The translations under genes were made by a program, and so were the position numbers. DNA of 63,375 bases, the filler included, from Octopus bimaculoides (taxonomy: Eukaryota): the NCBI RefSeq assembly GCF_001194135.2. It is 4 parts of 4 records of this genome, joined end to end, with 100 filler letters (N's around TTAATTAATTAA, not from the genome) between each part and the next. Parts side by side here need not be neighbours in the genome. Positions count along the whole stretch, not along the records: positions 1 to 30,543 come from NC_068982.1; 3 more parts are not named here. One strand, 5' to 3'. The notes under the pieces were generated by a model that was not told where the DNA came from, searched no databases, and worked only from the letters and a program-made list of their open reading frames with translations. Positions 12,178-23,548 of this stretch are shown in pieces; position 1 is the stretch's first letter, and each line of letters begins with the position of its first letter.

Positions 12178-13538
12178 TTTTTAATTACCCACTAGGGGCT
12201 AACATAGAGAGCACAATGCATTACATGTGTAGACACAAAACAGGGGAAAAATTTGAACAGCGTATAAGAAATATGAAATGACAATTGAAAATGAAAAATG
12301 CAATGAAGCTACTCGGCCCCACCTCCGAGCAGCTTCATTTATACCTTTCTTCCTATCCATTTTGCACTCCTTTATAAGGTCCAAATATACTATATAATCT
12401 GGCAATCTAGTTTTATCAATATTCTCACTCCAATAAGTGTACCCATATCAATTTTTTTCTATCTCCGCCTTCTGTTCTTCTGACACCAACAAGCATGCAT
12501 GCCACCCCTCTATATTGTCATACTCATCCGTTTCAACCATCACTGTGTCTTTCCATGACATTGTTTTTCTGATCAGTTTTTCGTTCGAGTCATCATCTAA
12601 CATATACGCAAATCAACTTTCTTCCTTAGCCGGGAGAGGGGAAGTTTGGGGGTTCTTGTGTGAGAGTGTTTTCTTTTTTGTTTTTGTATCGGAGGGGAGA
12701 AGGTAGGTTTGGTGTCTGTGGGGGGAAAGGTGGGCTGAGAAGGTGTGGGTGGGGTGGGGTGGGTGTTGGTAGCTTGCCTTTTTCCTTTTCCTTTGGTTCT
12801 TATTTTCCACAGTCTACTATGTCTCTTCATCTTCCTTCATTGTTTCTGATGGTAAATTTTCTTCTGCTCTCACTGGCTCCTCCATTGGTTCCTCCTGGGT
12901 TCCCTTTGTCGGTGAAGGGCAGTCCGCTCTGATGTGACCCTTTAGGCCACATTTAAAGCATCGAGGGATTCTGCCCTCCACCTTCACTCCACCTTCACAG
13001 TGTCCTCAATTATAAATGTCTCAGTCATGTTTTCCAAATTTTCAAGTGATTCCTGAATGACCATATCTAACGTTTGTCCTCTCCAATTTGTATTCTCAGT
13101 CATATTGGCCTGAAGGGCTGCTATTTCATCCTGGTTACCGAGAAGTACAGCAGTCGCCACCCAGGCCACATCAATTCCTTGAGGAAGGGACAACTCTCTA
13201 TTTAACATCTTTTTTTCTTCTCTTTAACTTGGTTAAATCCACATCTTTATTATGTACCTCCACAACTTTTGCAAAACTTTTTTACTCTTCCATTTTCTTG
13301 TCCATTTCTTTAATACATTTTACAAGTTCATCTTCGGGGGAAGACAGCCCCAAAGAGCTGTAATCCTTGTACAACATCATTTAAACAAGCTGCTACAGAG
13401 CAGCAAAAACAGTTCACAAAAATGTTCAAACGAACACTTACACAAAATTTCAGCACAAAAATTCAATACGTCTTAACACTATGAAAAATACCAGTCGGAT
13501 AACTTACTAACAACCTGAAGGGGTGCCGGTGACTTCTC
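12178..13538 (-). mobile_element. Copy B of the ORF1/gag-only element, internally deleted, head-to-tail with copy A
   Basis: Shares the 5' UTR (CACGTCTTAACACTATGAAAAATACCAGT on +), ORF segments and 3' hairpin with copy A. Intact CX2CX4HX4C knuckle CFKCGLKGHIRADC at 12919-12960; ~300 bp deletion near 13175; several frameshifts. Confidence 0.75.
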
Positions 13539-13843
13539 ATTAGCCAGAGATGATCTTTAAAATAAGAATATCTGAAATAAATTCGACTGCTCTCACAAAC
13601 GAGTATACTAAAAATGAGCCCGACTGCTCTCAAAAAGTAAACCCCCACCACCAAACCCCCCCCAAAAAAAACAGGAAAAATAATGCAGAATCCTTTTCCA
13701 GTACAGGATCGATCCCAAAATTTAATCAGTTCGTGCCAGTCATGAGGCCAAACATCCCTGAAAGTTTCATCCAAATCCATGCAGCAGTTCTTCAGATATC
13801 TTGTCCTCAGACAAACAAACTAACACGCAAAGGCGGAGGTAAT
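13539..13843 (+). mobile_element. 3' part of the interrupted HINE/DINE-like repeat
   Basis: Internal direct repeat CGACTGCTCTCA (twice), ACAAACAAAC microsatellite and terminal AAGGCGGAGGTAATA; this layout is typical of Helentron-associated non-autonomous elements. Confidence 0.5.
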
Positions 13844-14639
13844 AAAGAGAAACTTGAAAATTTTCTACAACTTAGGACACAGAAAAATTGATATTATTTA
13901 GTAGAACCGTCAGAAACACCGGTCAAAAGTACCTTGTGCTTATGACTCTTTACGTTTTGAGTTCAAATCCCACCGAGATTAGCTTTTTTTTTATTCTTTC
14001 GGGACTGATAAGGTAAAGTGTTGGTGTCGAAATATTCTAATATTCCCCACCACCCAATGTTTCTGGTCTTGTGTCTGCTTTGTGAAAGCCCTGTGAGTGG
14101 ATGTGTGTATGTGTGTGTGCATGCGTGTGCACGTGCGTATCTGTGTTTGCACACCACCATATACTTGCCTATCTTAGAAACAATAATTACAAAGCGATAA
14201 ATTGACAGAATCGTTAAAGTGCCAGACAAATGCTTTTACACTTTGATTTCAAATTCGAACTTGCTTTTCACCCCATTGGGATCGACGAAATAAAGTGTCG
14301 ATAAATCCCTCTCCTTAAAATTTCTAGTCTTGTACCTAAATCTGGAACAAACTTTATTTCCTGATGTTTAACCTCGGCTCTCCTTTTCTCTAGCAGGTTC
14401 TACGATCAAAGACATTTCAGTTATAACCATTCCATTTAATTATCATCCCATGTGACCGTCAAGATGTTAAGTTGCGATTCAAGAGTGATGATTCGGTTGC
14501 TATTTCTAGCAAATCGAGCGTTCACAAAGACGGTCTGCTTGATCTGGGTTGACCGGGTAAAGGAGCAAACAATACAACGGCGACAGCAAAATTATATGCG
14601 TGTGTGTATGTGTGCGTGGGTGTATAAGTATATATAATA

Positions 14640-15185
14640 TATACATGTGATATATATATGTAATTATATATATAAGGGTTTACTTTTCGTAATGTTAGAT
14701 AAAAAAACCCAAGGCTGTGTATAATATAGAACATTTATAAATCGAATGTCTTACAGCTGTTTCCAGGATATTTATTATATCCCTTCATCGGAGACGGTGT
14801 GAGAGGATGATTAAGCAATAGTTAGTTTAGTTAAGATAGGAAATAGAGAGTGAATATAGGGATATTGTATTTGTAAATCCATTGTTTATATATATATATA
14901 TTCCTTTTATGGTTGTGGTTTTTGTTGGTGGTGTTGCTGTTAGTCTCAGATCACCCCCCCCCCTAAGTGCGTAGACCTATTCCAGCTGTAACTATATCGC
15001 TTTCTTCTCCCCTACTCCTATCTATAGATGATTCCCGAACAGATTACCGATTGAGTTTTCTTTCAAAATGTTGCGATATAATTTTTGATAGATTAGGTAA
15101 CGATTTCTTGTAAGTCATGGGGGTCACATTGTTGGGGGTTACCTCCTTGGCTTGTTTATTTATGTATTGTATTTTGGAGAGAGTA
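14640..15185 (-). mobile_element. Penelope-like element remnant (thumb-region fragment plus 3' hammerhead)
   Basis: Minus strand 15061-15125 translates PMTYKKSLPNLSKIISQHFE, resembling the PLE post-RT motif P.VLTY...LP.ISKI..KH; a hammerhead motif lies downstream at 14748-14795. Confidence 0.6.
14748..14795 (-). ncRNA. Minimal type I hammerhead ribozyme motif (PLE type)
   Basis: Minus strand: GUCU-CCGAUGA-A-GGGAUA(loop)UAUCCU-G-GAAA-C-AGCU-G-UA-AGAC. Stem I is 4 bp, stem II 6 bp, stem III is the palindrome ACAGCUGU, and the cleavage triplet is GUA. U4 is replaced by C. Confidence 0.65.
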
Positions 15186-15388
15186 CTGTGAGTAGACTAT
15201 ATGTCCCCCATCTCCGCAATATATTACTGGTACTTAACACATATAATAGATACCATCAGACGATTAAGAGATAACGTTAGCTTCGTCTTCAGCGAGAATT
15301 CAATAAAGATTAATAAAGCCGTGAACACGTTTGCTGTCAAAAACTTATGGGAAGTGAGTATTTATGTATTTATTATTCGTATGTCTTA

Positions 15389-15800
15389 AGGTGGTGAGTT
15401 AGCAGTATCGTTAGCACGCCGGGCAAAATGCTTAGCGGCATTTCGTCCGTCTTTGTTCTGTGTTCAAATTCCGCTGAGGTCGCCTCTGTCTTTCATCTTT
15501 TCGGGGTCGATAAAATAAGTATCAGTTGAACACTGTGAACACTGGGGTCGATGTAATCGATTTATCCCCTCCACAGAAATTGTTGACCTTGTGCCAAAAT
15601 TTGAAACCATTATTGGTATGCATTAAGATAGCGAGCTGATAGCAACTTAAGAACACCGAACAAAATGCTTGGCAGCCCTTCTTCCAGTTTTAAGTTCTAA
15701 GTTCAAATACCGCCGATGTCAACATTGTGTTTCATCTCTTCCGGGGTCGATAAATCTAGTACCAGCTGAGCAATGGAGTCAATTATATCAACAACTTCTC
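15389..15800 (+). mobile_element. Two tandem SINE family A copies
   Basis: 15389-15612 is near full length (GGTGGTGAGTTAGCAG..GTTAGCACGCCGGGCAAAATGCTTAGCGG..TGTTCAAATTCCGC); 15626-15800 is more decayed. Confidence 0.8.
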
Positions 15801-16617
15801 CACCACCACCACAAAAAAAAAAATCGATCCTTGTCCGTGTATTTAAAGGTGTTGATTTTAATTTTGGGTCAGTCCCTGATGGGGTCGAACTATGATCAAA
15901 CCAATTCCTGTCATGACCATCTTTGTTTCTTCATAATATCGTATCGCTTCTTTTTTTCCTTTAAAAATAATAGTGTCTAATATCGGCTAATATTTCTAGT
16001 AGATGTAGCGACCGTAAAGACGACTTCATTCGCTCAATGTAACTTTGTAACTTTGTACAGTCGCTTCCCTCCATCGCAGAGTCAGCCGTTTAACACCTAC
16101 AATGGGCGCACATATGTATACGCACACACGCACTCGCACATTGTTATGCAAAGCGCACTAACACACACACACACAATTCCATTCACATATACACGACAAA
16201 AAGCTAACCTCTTCTTATATTATTAGAAGTAGGAGGGACTTAAAAAAACCATCCCCCATTTTAATCAGACTGACTGTTGTGTATAAACAAAACAGTAGTG
16301 AAAACAGAATGAGCATCAGTTAATGTGAGTCTGCATTATAAATCTCTGTATCGCTTTCAATATGTATATGGGAGTGCATTAGTAGTGCTCATATATGTAC
16401 GTGCGTATGCACGTGTATATATATATGTGTGTATGTGTATGTATATGTGTATGTACATACACACGTATGTATGTATGTATGTATGTATGTATGTATGTCT
16501 GCATGCATGTATGTATATGTTTGTATACTCATATATGATTACATGTATATGTGAGTGCATGTATATACGTGTTAATATGTGTGTGTGTGTGCGTGTGTGT
16601 TATACACACACATATAC

Positions 16618-16756
16618 AGGCGTGGCTGCCTGGTAAGAAGTTTGCTTCCAAACCACATGTTTCTGGGTTCAATCCCATTGCGTGGCATCTTGAGTAAATG
16701 CCTTCTACTATAGCCTCGTGCCGACCAAAGCTCTGTGAATGAATATATATGTATGA

Positions 16757-16800
<44 letters not shown>

Positions 16801-17108
16801 ATGTGTGTGTATACATGTGTGTGTATGTGTGTATACATGTGTGTGCGTGTGTGATTGCGCATGTGTGTGCGCGCATGCGCGTGCGTGCATGTGTTTGTGA
16901 CTGTGTTTACACACCACCACCACCACCACCACTTAGCAAGCGGTGTTGGTGTGTTTATGCCCCTGTAACTTAGCGGTAAAAGTGACCGATTAAATAAGTG
17001 TCAGGCTTATGAAAGTTTAGTATTTGGGTCGATTCGTGCGTCTAAAAATTCTTCAAGGCGGGTACCCCAGCATGGTCGCAATCCAATGACTGAAGCAAGT
17101 AAAAGATA
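16618..17108 (+). mobile_element. SINE family B copy with expanded internal microsatellite
   Basis: Head AGGCGTGGCTGCCTGGTAAGAAG..GGGTTCAATCCC, ~190 bp TA/TG/CAC insert, tail ..GACTGAAGCAAGTAAAAGA. Confidence 0.85.
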
Positions 17109-18268
17109 CATACACATCCACACCTACCCACATGATGGCAGAATTGTCACAAGATGGTGTGCCGATCACAAGAGGTCGATAAAATATCAGTTCTTGGAAT
17201 AGATCACAGCGATGATGCACCATCACAGGGAAATGCACCATCTGCGCATGTATCCTTGAAACAGATGTAAAGACTATCTGCATACCTCCTTCATTTCTCT
17301 TTCTTTTCATCCAATCATGGATTCTTCCAATGATGACCAGTTTTTAGGTAACAACAATGATTTAGGCTTACCGGGAGAATGCTATAGCATATACCATAAC
17401 CATTGTGAACACTCCTCAGCTGATCTTTTACTCACTTCTTACCATTTGTATACTCCTGTGACAATTCTGTTCCCATGTTTACGTGTATAGATGTCATAAT
17501 CTGACCTGATACCAGTTGTTTGCTTGTTTATAAACTTATTATATTATACACAGATATATAAAGAGAGAAAGAGAGAGACAGAGAGTAGGATTTGAACCGC
17601 TCAAAAAATTCACATAAGAGATACGTAAAATAATTTCTCATATATCTATATTTATATATGCGTATGTGTGTGTGTATATATANNNNNNNNNNNNNNNNNN
17701 NNNNNNNNNNNNNNNNNNNNNNNNNNNNNNNNNNNNNNNNNNNNNNNNNNNNNNNNNNNNNNNNNNNNNNNNNNNNNNNNNNNNNNNNNNNNNNNNNNNN
17801 NNNNNNNNNNNNNNNNNNNNNNNNNNNNNNNNNNNNNNNNNNNNNNNNNNNNNNNNNNNNNNNNNNNNNNNNNNNNNNNNNNNNNNNNNNNNNNNNNNNN
17901 NNNNNNNNNNNNNNNNNNNNNNNNNNNNNNNNNNNNNNNNNNNNNNNNNNNNNNNNNNNNNNNNNNNNNNNNNNNNNNNNNNNNNNNNNNNNNNNNNNNN
18001 NNNNNNNNNNNNNNNNNNNNNNNNNNNNNNNNNNNNNNNNNNNNNNNNNNNNNNNNNNNNNNNNNNNNNNNNNNNNNNNNNNNNNNNNNNNNNNNNNNNN
18101 NNNNNNNNNNNNNNNNNNNNNNNNNNNNNNNNNNNNNNNNNNNNNNNNNNNNNNNNNNNNNNNNNNNNNNNNNNNNNNNNNNNNNNNNNNNNNNNNNNNN
18201 NNNNNNNNNNNNNNNNNGAAGCAAGCTTTTTACCACACAGCCACGCATATAAGTACATATATGTATAT

Positions 18269-18319
<51 letters not shown>

Positions 18320-18818
18320 TACATGTACATGCATGCACACACGCTCACAAACACACACATATATATATGTATACATACAGACACACACACACACACACAC
18401 ATAACACGCGCACACACACAACACACACACATACACTCAGACGCGCGTGCACACACACAGTGTGATTCAGTTCATTTGTTAAAGAGGTTCAACGTTACAA
18501 CTTTTGACAGACACCTGTACTGTGCTATTTCTGTGTGTTCTACATCTATTAACATCTACCAGCTTTGCCTCTCGTCTCACACTCTACACAATATTTTCCT
18601 CTCGTCAGTTCGCATTAAACTTTTTCCCCATCGAATTCTCAGAGTTTCACTTTGTATTATTCCATGTTTTGTCAACAAGCGTTTTGTTTTTCTCCCTGGA
18701 AGATCCTACAAAATACACGTTCTTCCCCCATGGTGGTGACGATGTTTGTGGTGGTGGTGGTGGTGGTAGTGGTGGTGGTGGTGGGATATATTGTTGTTGA
18801 TGTTGTCGTGGTTGTTGA

Positions 18819-19190
18819 GTGGAGGCGCAATGGCCCAGTGGTTTAGGGCAGCGGTTTCGATTCCCATACCAGGCGTTGTGAGTGTTTATTGAGCGAAAAC
18901 ACCTAAAGCTCCACGAGGCTCCGGCAGAGGATGGTGGCGAACCCTGCTGTACTCTTTCACCACAACTTTCTCTCACTCTTACTTCCTGTTTCTGTTGGGC
19001 CTTTATTTCAAAGAGTCAGCCTTGTCACACTGTGTCACGCTGAATATCCCTGAGAACTACGTTAAGGGTACACGTGTCTGTGGAGTGCTCAGCCATTTGC
19101 ACGTTAATTTCACGAGCAGGCTGTTCCGTTGATCGGATCAACTGGAACCCTCAACGTCGTAAGCGACGGAGTGCCAACAACAACAACAAC
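18819..19190 (+). mobile_element. tRNA-Arg-like SINE family C, with (AAC)n tail
   Basis: Highly similar to 20767-21156 but with a small deletion in the head. GTGGTT after the tail repeats the start of the upstream flank (18808-18813), consistent with a TSD cut off by the gap. Confidence 0.9.
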
Positions 19191-19961
19191 GTGGTTNNNN
19201 NNNNNNNNNNNNNNNNNNNNNNNNNNNNNNNNNNNNNNNNNNNNNNNNNNNNNNNNNNNNNNNNNNNNNNNNNNNNNNNNNNNNNNNNNNNNNNNNNNNN
19301 NNNNNNNNNNNNNNNNNNNNNNNNNNNNNNNNNNNNNNNNNNNNNNNNNNNNNNNNNNNNNNNNNNNNNNNNNNNNNNNNNNNNNNNNNNNNNNNNNNNN
19401 NNNNNNNNNNNNNNNNNNNNNNNNNNNNNNNNNNNNNNNNNNNNNNNNNNNNNNNNNNNNNNNNNNNNNNNNNNNNNNNNNNNNNNNNNNNNNNNNNNNN
19501 NNNNNNNNNNNNNNNNNNNNNNNNNNNNNNNNNNNNNNNNNNNNNNNNNNNNNNNNNNNNNNNNNNNNNNNNNNNNNNNNNNNNNNNNNNNNNNNNNNNN
19601 NNNNNNNNNNNNNNNNNNNNNNNNNNNNNNNNNNNNNNNNNNNNNNNNNNNNNNNNNNNNNNNNNNNNNNNNNNNNNNNNNNNNNNNNNNNNNNNNNNNN
19701 NNNNNNNNNNNNNNNNNNNNNNNNNNNNNNNNNNNNNNNNNNNNNNNNNNNNNNNNNNNNNNNNNNNNNNNNNNNNNNNNNNNNNNNNNNNNNNNNNNNN
19801 NNNNNNNNNNNNNNNNNNNNNNNNNNNNNNNNNNNNNNNNNNNNNNNNNNNNNNNNNNNNNNNNNNNNNNNNNNNNNNNNNNNNNNNNNNNNNNNNNNNN
19901 NNNNNNNNNNNNNNNNNNNNNNNNNNNNNNNNNNNNNNNNNNNNNNNNNNNNNNNNNNNNN

Positions 19962-20010
<49 letters not shown>

Positions 20011-20569
20011 TCTCTGCAAGAAAAGACTGAGAATGGCTATATTTTTTATTGCTTACTATTGTCTATCGTCTATCGTAGTCTATTTTTGTTTGGTGTTGTT
20101 TATTATTGTATATCATATTACATTATTGCGTATTATTCTTTCCTATTGTTTATCATTGTATATTATTATGATTCATTATTATTTTCTATTGTTTACTATT
20201 TCTATGTTATATTGGCCCACACATATATCGGTGCCTTAGAAGTTAGACCTATTCTTGGGTATATTGAGTCGCTGGTTCCAAAAATAGCATCAGCTCTTAT
20301 TAATTTAATGATCTGTTATTTGATACCATAAGAACAACCATATTAATGCAATTAATTGTTTTATATGGTATTAAAACAGCCATATATTACTAAAGTAGTT
20401 TATTTCAGCATGAAAGCTTACAGTAAATCTATAGTAATTGTAACTCAAAAATAAAACATAAAACGATCAGGTATTCCACACATAAGAAACTTCTCTCGTA
20501 GGACTTTCGAGAGTGCGATTAACCAGGACAAACCCGCTGAAGCTTCGAGCAGTAATTTTTTTTTTCTTT

Positions 20570-20755
20570 CTAATTTTGGCACAAGGTTATTAATTTTAGG
20601 GGAAGGGGATTAATGGAACACATCGACCCCAGTACTTAACTGGTACTTTATTTTATCGACCAACTAAAGACTGAGACGTAAAGTCGACTTCGGCGGGATT
20701 TGAACTAAGAAAGGAAAGAAACGAAAAAAATGCCGCGAAACATTTTGTTTGAGTT
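20570..20755 (-). mobile_element. SINE family A copy, target of the family C insertion
   Basis: Reverse complement of the family A body and tail (GGCACAAGG..CATCGACCCCAGTAC..AAAGTCGACTTCGGCGGGATTTGAAC). Confidence 0.7.
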
Positions 20756-20766
20756 AGTTCCGAGCA

Positions 20767-21156
20767 GTGGAGGCGAAATGGCCCAGTGGTTAGGGCAGTG
20801 GACTCGCGGTCATAGGATCGAGGTTTCGATTCCCAGACCAGGCGTTGTGAGTGTTTATTGAGCGAAAACACCTAAAGCTCCACGAGGCTCGGGCAGGGGA
20901 TGGTGGCGAACCCTGCTGTACTCTTTCACCACAACTTTTTCTCACTCTTACTTCTTGTTTCTGTTGTGCCTGTAATTCAAAGGGTCAGCCTTGTCACTCT
21001 GTGTCACGCTGAATATCCCCGAGAACTACGTTAAGGGTACACATGTCTGTGGAGTGCTCAGCCACTTGCACGTTAATTTCACGAGCAGGCTGTTCCGTTG
21101 ATCGGATCAACTGGAACCCACGACGTCATAAGCGACGGAGTGCCAACAACAACAAC
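20767..21156 (+). mobile_element. Full-length SINE family C with target-site duplication
   Basis: A box TGGCCCAGTGG, B box GGTTTCGATTCCC, GACTCGCGGTC anticodon-arm-like segment (Arg-TCG-like) and (AAC)n tail. AGTTCCGAGCAGT is repeated at 20756-20768 and 21157-21169. Confidence 0.92.
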
Positions 21157-22618
21157 AGTTCCGAGCAGTAATTTGTAATATGTGTATTCCACCTTCCATT
21201 GTTTTATGTAACTTGATGAAAGCTTTCTCTTTACGTTTCGCTTAAACAGCCAAGCTTTTCTAGGAAGTGATTTAATGGAATATGGAGAACATAGATCTTG
21301 ATGCTCATATAATAGCCAAGCTTATTAAATTTGGAGAGTATCCCTCTGCTACTACAGCGAAGAAAACTTTTGACAATGAATAAATAGATAAAACCTGTTC
21401 AGGACTTCATGTTGGCTATGTATAAAACGTCGATCTTTTACAAGCTCAATTACATGGGGACCCTCACAAATATCTACTTAAATTTTTATCGTGCTCAGTC
21501 CAGTGAATTTCTTGTATAAGCTGCTTAAGTAGACGTATTCTTTATTTAAGACTTTTATAAATTGCTCTTCAAGTGTGTATCAGCTTTAATATTCAAGAAT
21601 GACATTTGTTTTCTGTAACTATAATAACTTCTCTCAAAGTCTATCCTTTTTGAAACTGACAGTAATATTTGGCTTTGCTGTTTAAAAGCCGTAAAAAGCA
21701 TGAATATTTTGTGTAGCTATTTTGCTGACCAAGAAGAAGGATCACCATCGGTTGCGATCTGACTAAAACCCATCGATCCAAATTCGAAAGACGGCGAGAG
21801 CCATATGCTGGCAGATTTAGCAAAAAAATAATTTTAAAAAAAATGGGTTCGTATGCCGGATACGATAAAAGAGTTTGCTGATGTCGATGCCTTCATTAAT
21901 TATTTTGACGATGAGAGTTTATTGGTGAATGAGTTAGTATAGTAGGTCTGCAATAGATCTTGCTTTGCGAAAGCTGTTTAAGATGTTCGCGAAGAAGGGG
22001 TAAAGATTCAAGCAGTGTGGAAGGATTTTTTCTGTAATGACTATATCATTTGAAATAATGGAAAGGACTGAGATAGTCGGCGTGCAGTGGGACTGAACCC
22101 GAAACAAAATAGCTGCAAAGCAAGCTTTTTAACCACCGAATCATATCTGCACCTATCCACAAAAGAAAGAGAAAAAAGAAAAAGCGTTTGTAATTCAGTA
22201 CATTCTCCACTCTGCCAATTTACATTTAGTAACTGTGCGTACTTGAACAGTAAAGTGACAGCAGTAAACAACCGACAATATCTGCATAAAAGTAATGACA
22301 AATATGACAACAACATCAAAAAAGAACTGAGAGTTGGTGCAAAGCAAAATTAAAGCCCAACAATTGGGATGGTGAGGAGCTTACTTTTCTTCCTAAGTAC
22401 CCACAAAATTAACATCCACCGAAATATATTTATTTCATGCGAAACAATTGGAATATGGATTGAAAGAATTAGTAGTGCATCGAAGAAAATAACTTTTGAT
22501 ATTTTATCATACCAATTTACATCTGACTTCTGGATCAGTAGCTCTCAACCATTTTTTGCCTATAGACCGCTTTAGTCCCTATTTTACTCGACTGGACCTG
22601 TATAACCATTCAATGTAT

Positions 22619-23018
22619 CTCTTTTACTCTTTTACTTGTTTCAGTCATTTGACTGCGGCTTTGCTGGAGCACTGCCTCAATGGGTTCTAGTCGAACAAAT
22701 CGATCCCAGGACTTATTTTTTTAAAAGCTTAGTACTACTCTGTCGGTGACTTTTACCGAACCGCTAAGTAACAGGGACGGTAACACACCAATACTAGTTG
22801 TCAAGCGGTGATGGAGAGACAAACAGACACAAAGACACAAACGCACACACATACATACATACATACATATATCTTTCCAGTTTCAGTCTGCTAAATTTAC
22901 TCACTAGGCTTTGGTCGGCCCGAGGCTATAGTAGAAGCCACATGTGCAAGGTGTCACGCTATGGGACTGAATCCGGAACCATGTAGTTCGGAAGCAAGCT
23001 TCTTACCACACAGCCACG
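22619..23018 (-). mobile_element. SINE family B copy
   Basis: Complete reverse-complement copy with (CATA)n insert and (TTTACTCT) tail repeat. Confidence 0.85.
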
Positions 23019-23214
23019 TCTTCTGCATTTTTAAAATTAAATATTATTAGGAATTGTATAAAAAAATCTATATTGTAGAAGTATAAGCAATTTATTGCAC
23101 ATAAATTTTAACAACAAAATCTTATATGTCCACTCCCAAGGACCACATATACCCTGGTTCATAATCATTGTCCTTGACTGACTTTATTTTATCATCAATA
23201 AAATTCGTTACGGA

Positions 23215-23348
23215 AGGCGGTGAGCTGGCAGAAACGTTAGCACGCCGGGCGAAATGTTTAACGGAATTTCGTTTGTCTTTATATTCTGAGCTCAAATTCC
23301 GCCGAGGTCGACTTTGCTTTTCAGCCTTTCGGGGTCAATAAATTAAGT
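23215..23348 (+). mobile_element. SINE family A copy, 3'-truncated
   Basis: GGCGGTGAGCTGGCAGAAACGTTAGCACGCCGGGCGAAATG..GAGCTCAAATTCCGCCGAGGTCGACTTTGC. Confidence 0.85.
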
Positions 23349-23349
23349 A

Positions 23350-23548
23350 CCTTTCACCCTTGACTCAACGGATCGTCCAAGATGTGACACTGGAAGGATA
23401 GACGGCAGCACCAACATCTGGTTGCCAATCATTCTAGCCAAGAAGACTAGAGCAATGGGAAACGAAATGATTTTGCTGAAAGACACAACGAGCCATCTGG
23501 TCTTGGAATTGAACCCGAACGCCCTAACCATCAGACCTCGTGCCTTCA
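23350..23548 (-). mobile_element. Decayed tRNA-headed SINE of a further family
   Basis: Minus strand TGAAGGCACGAGGTCTGATGGTTAGGGCG..GGGTTCAATTCC followed by GTTGTGTCTTTCAGCAAAATCATTTC..TTGCTCTAGTC, resembling a SINE central domain. Confidence 0.55.

Noticed and set aside
20767-20840. tRNA-Arg(TCG)-like sequence
   Set aside because: No acceptor-stem closure, and it continues into a repeated SINE body with TSDs; not a tRNA gene.
21227-21268. Fourth hammerhead-like motif (GCTT..AAGC-GAAACGTA, minus strand)
   Set aside because: The CUGANGA box reads CUAGAAA and stem I is poor; too degenerate to call.
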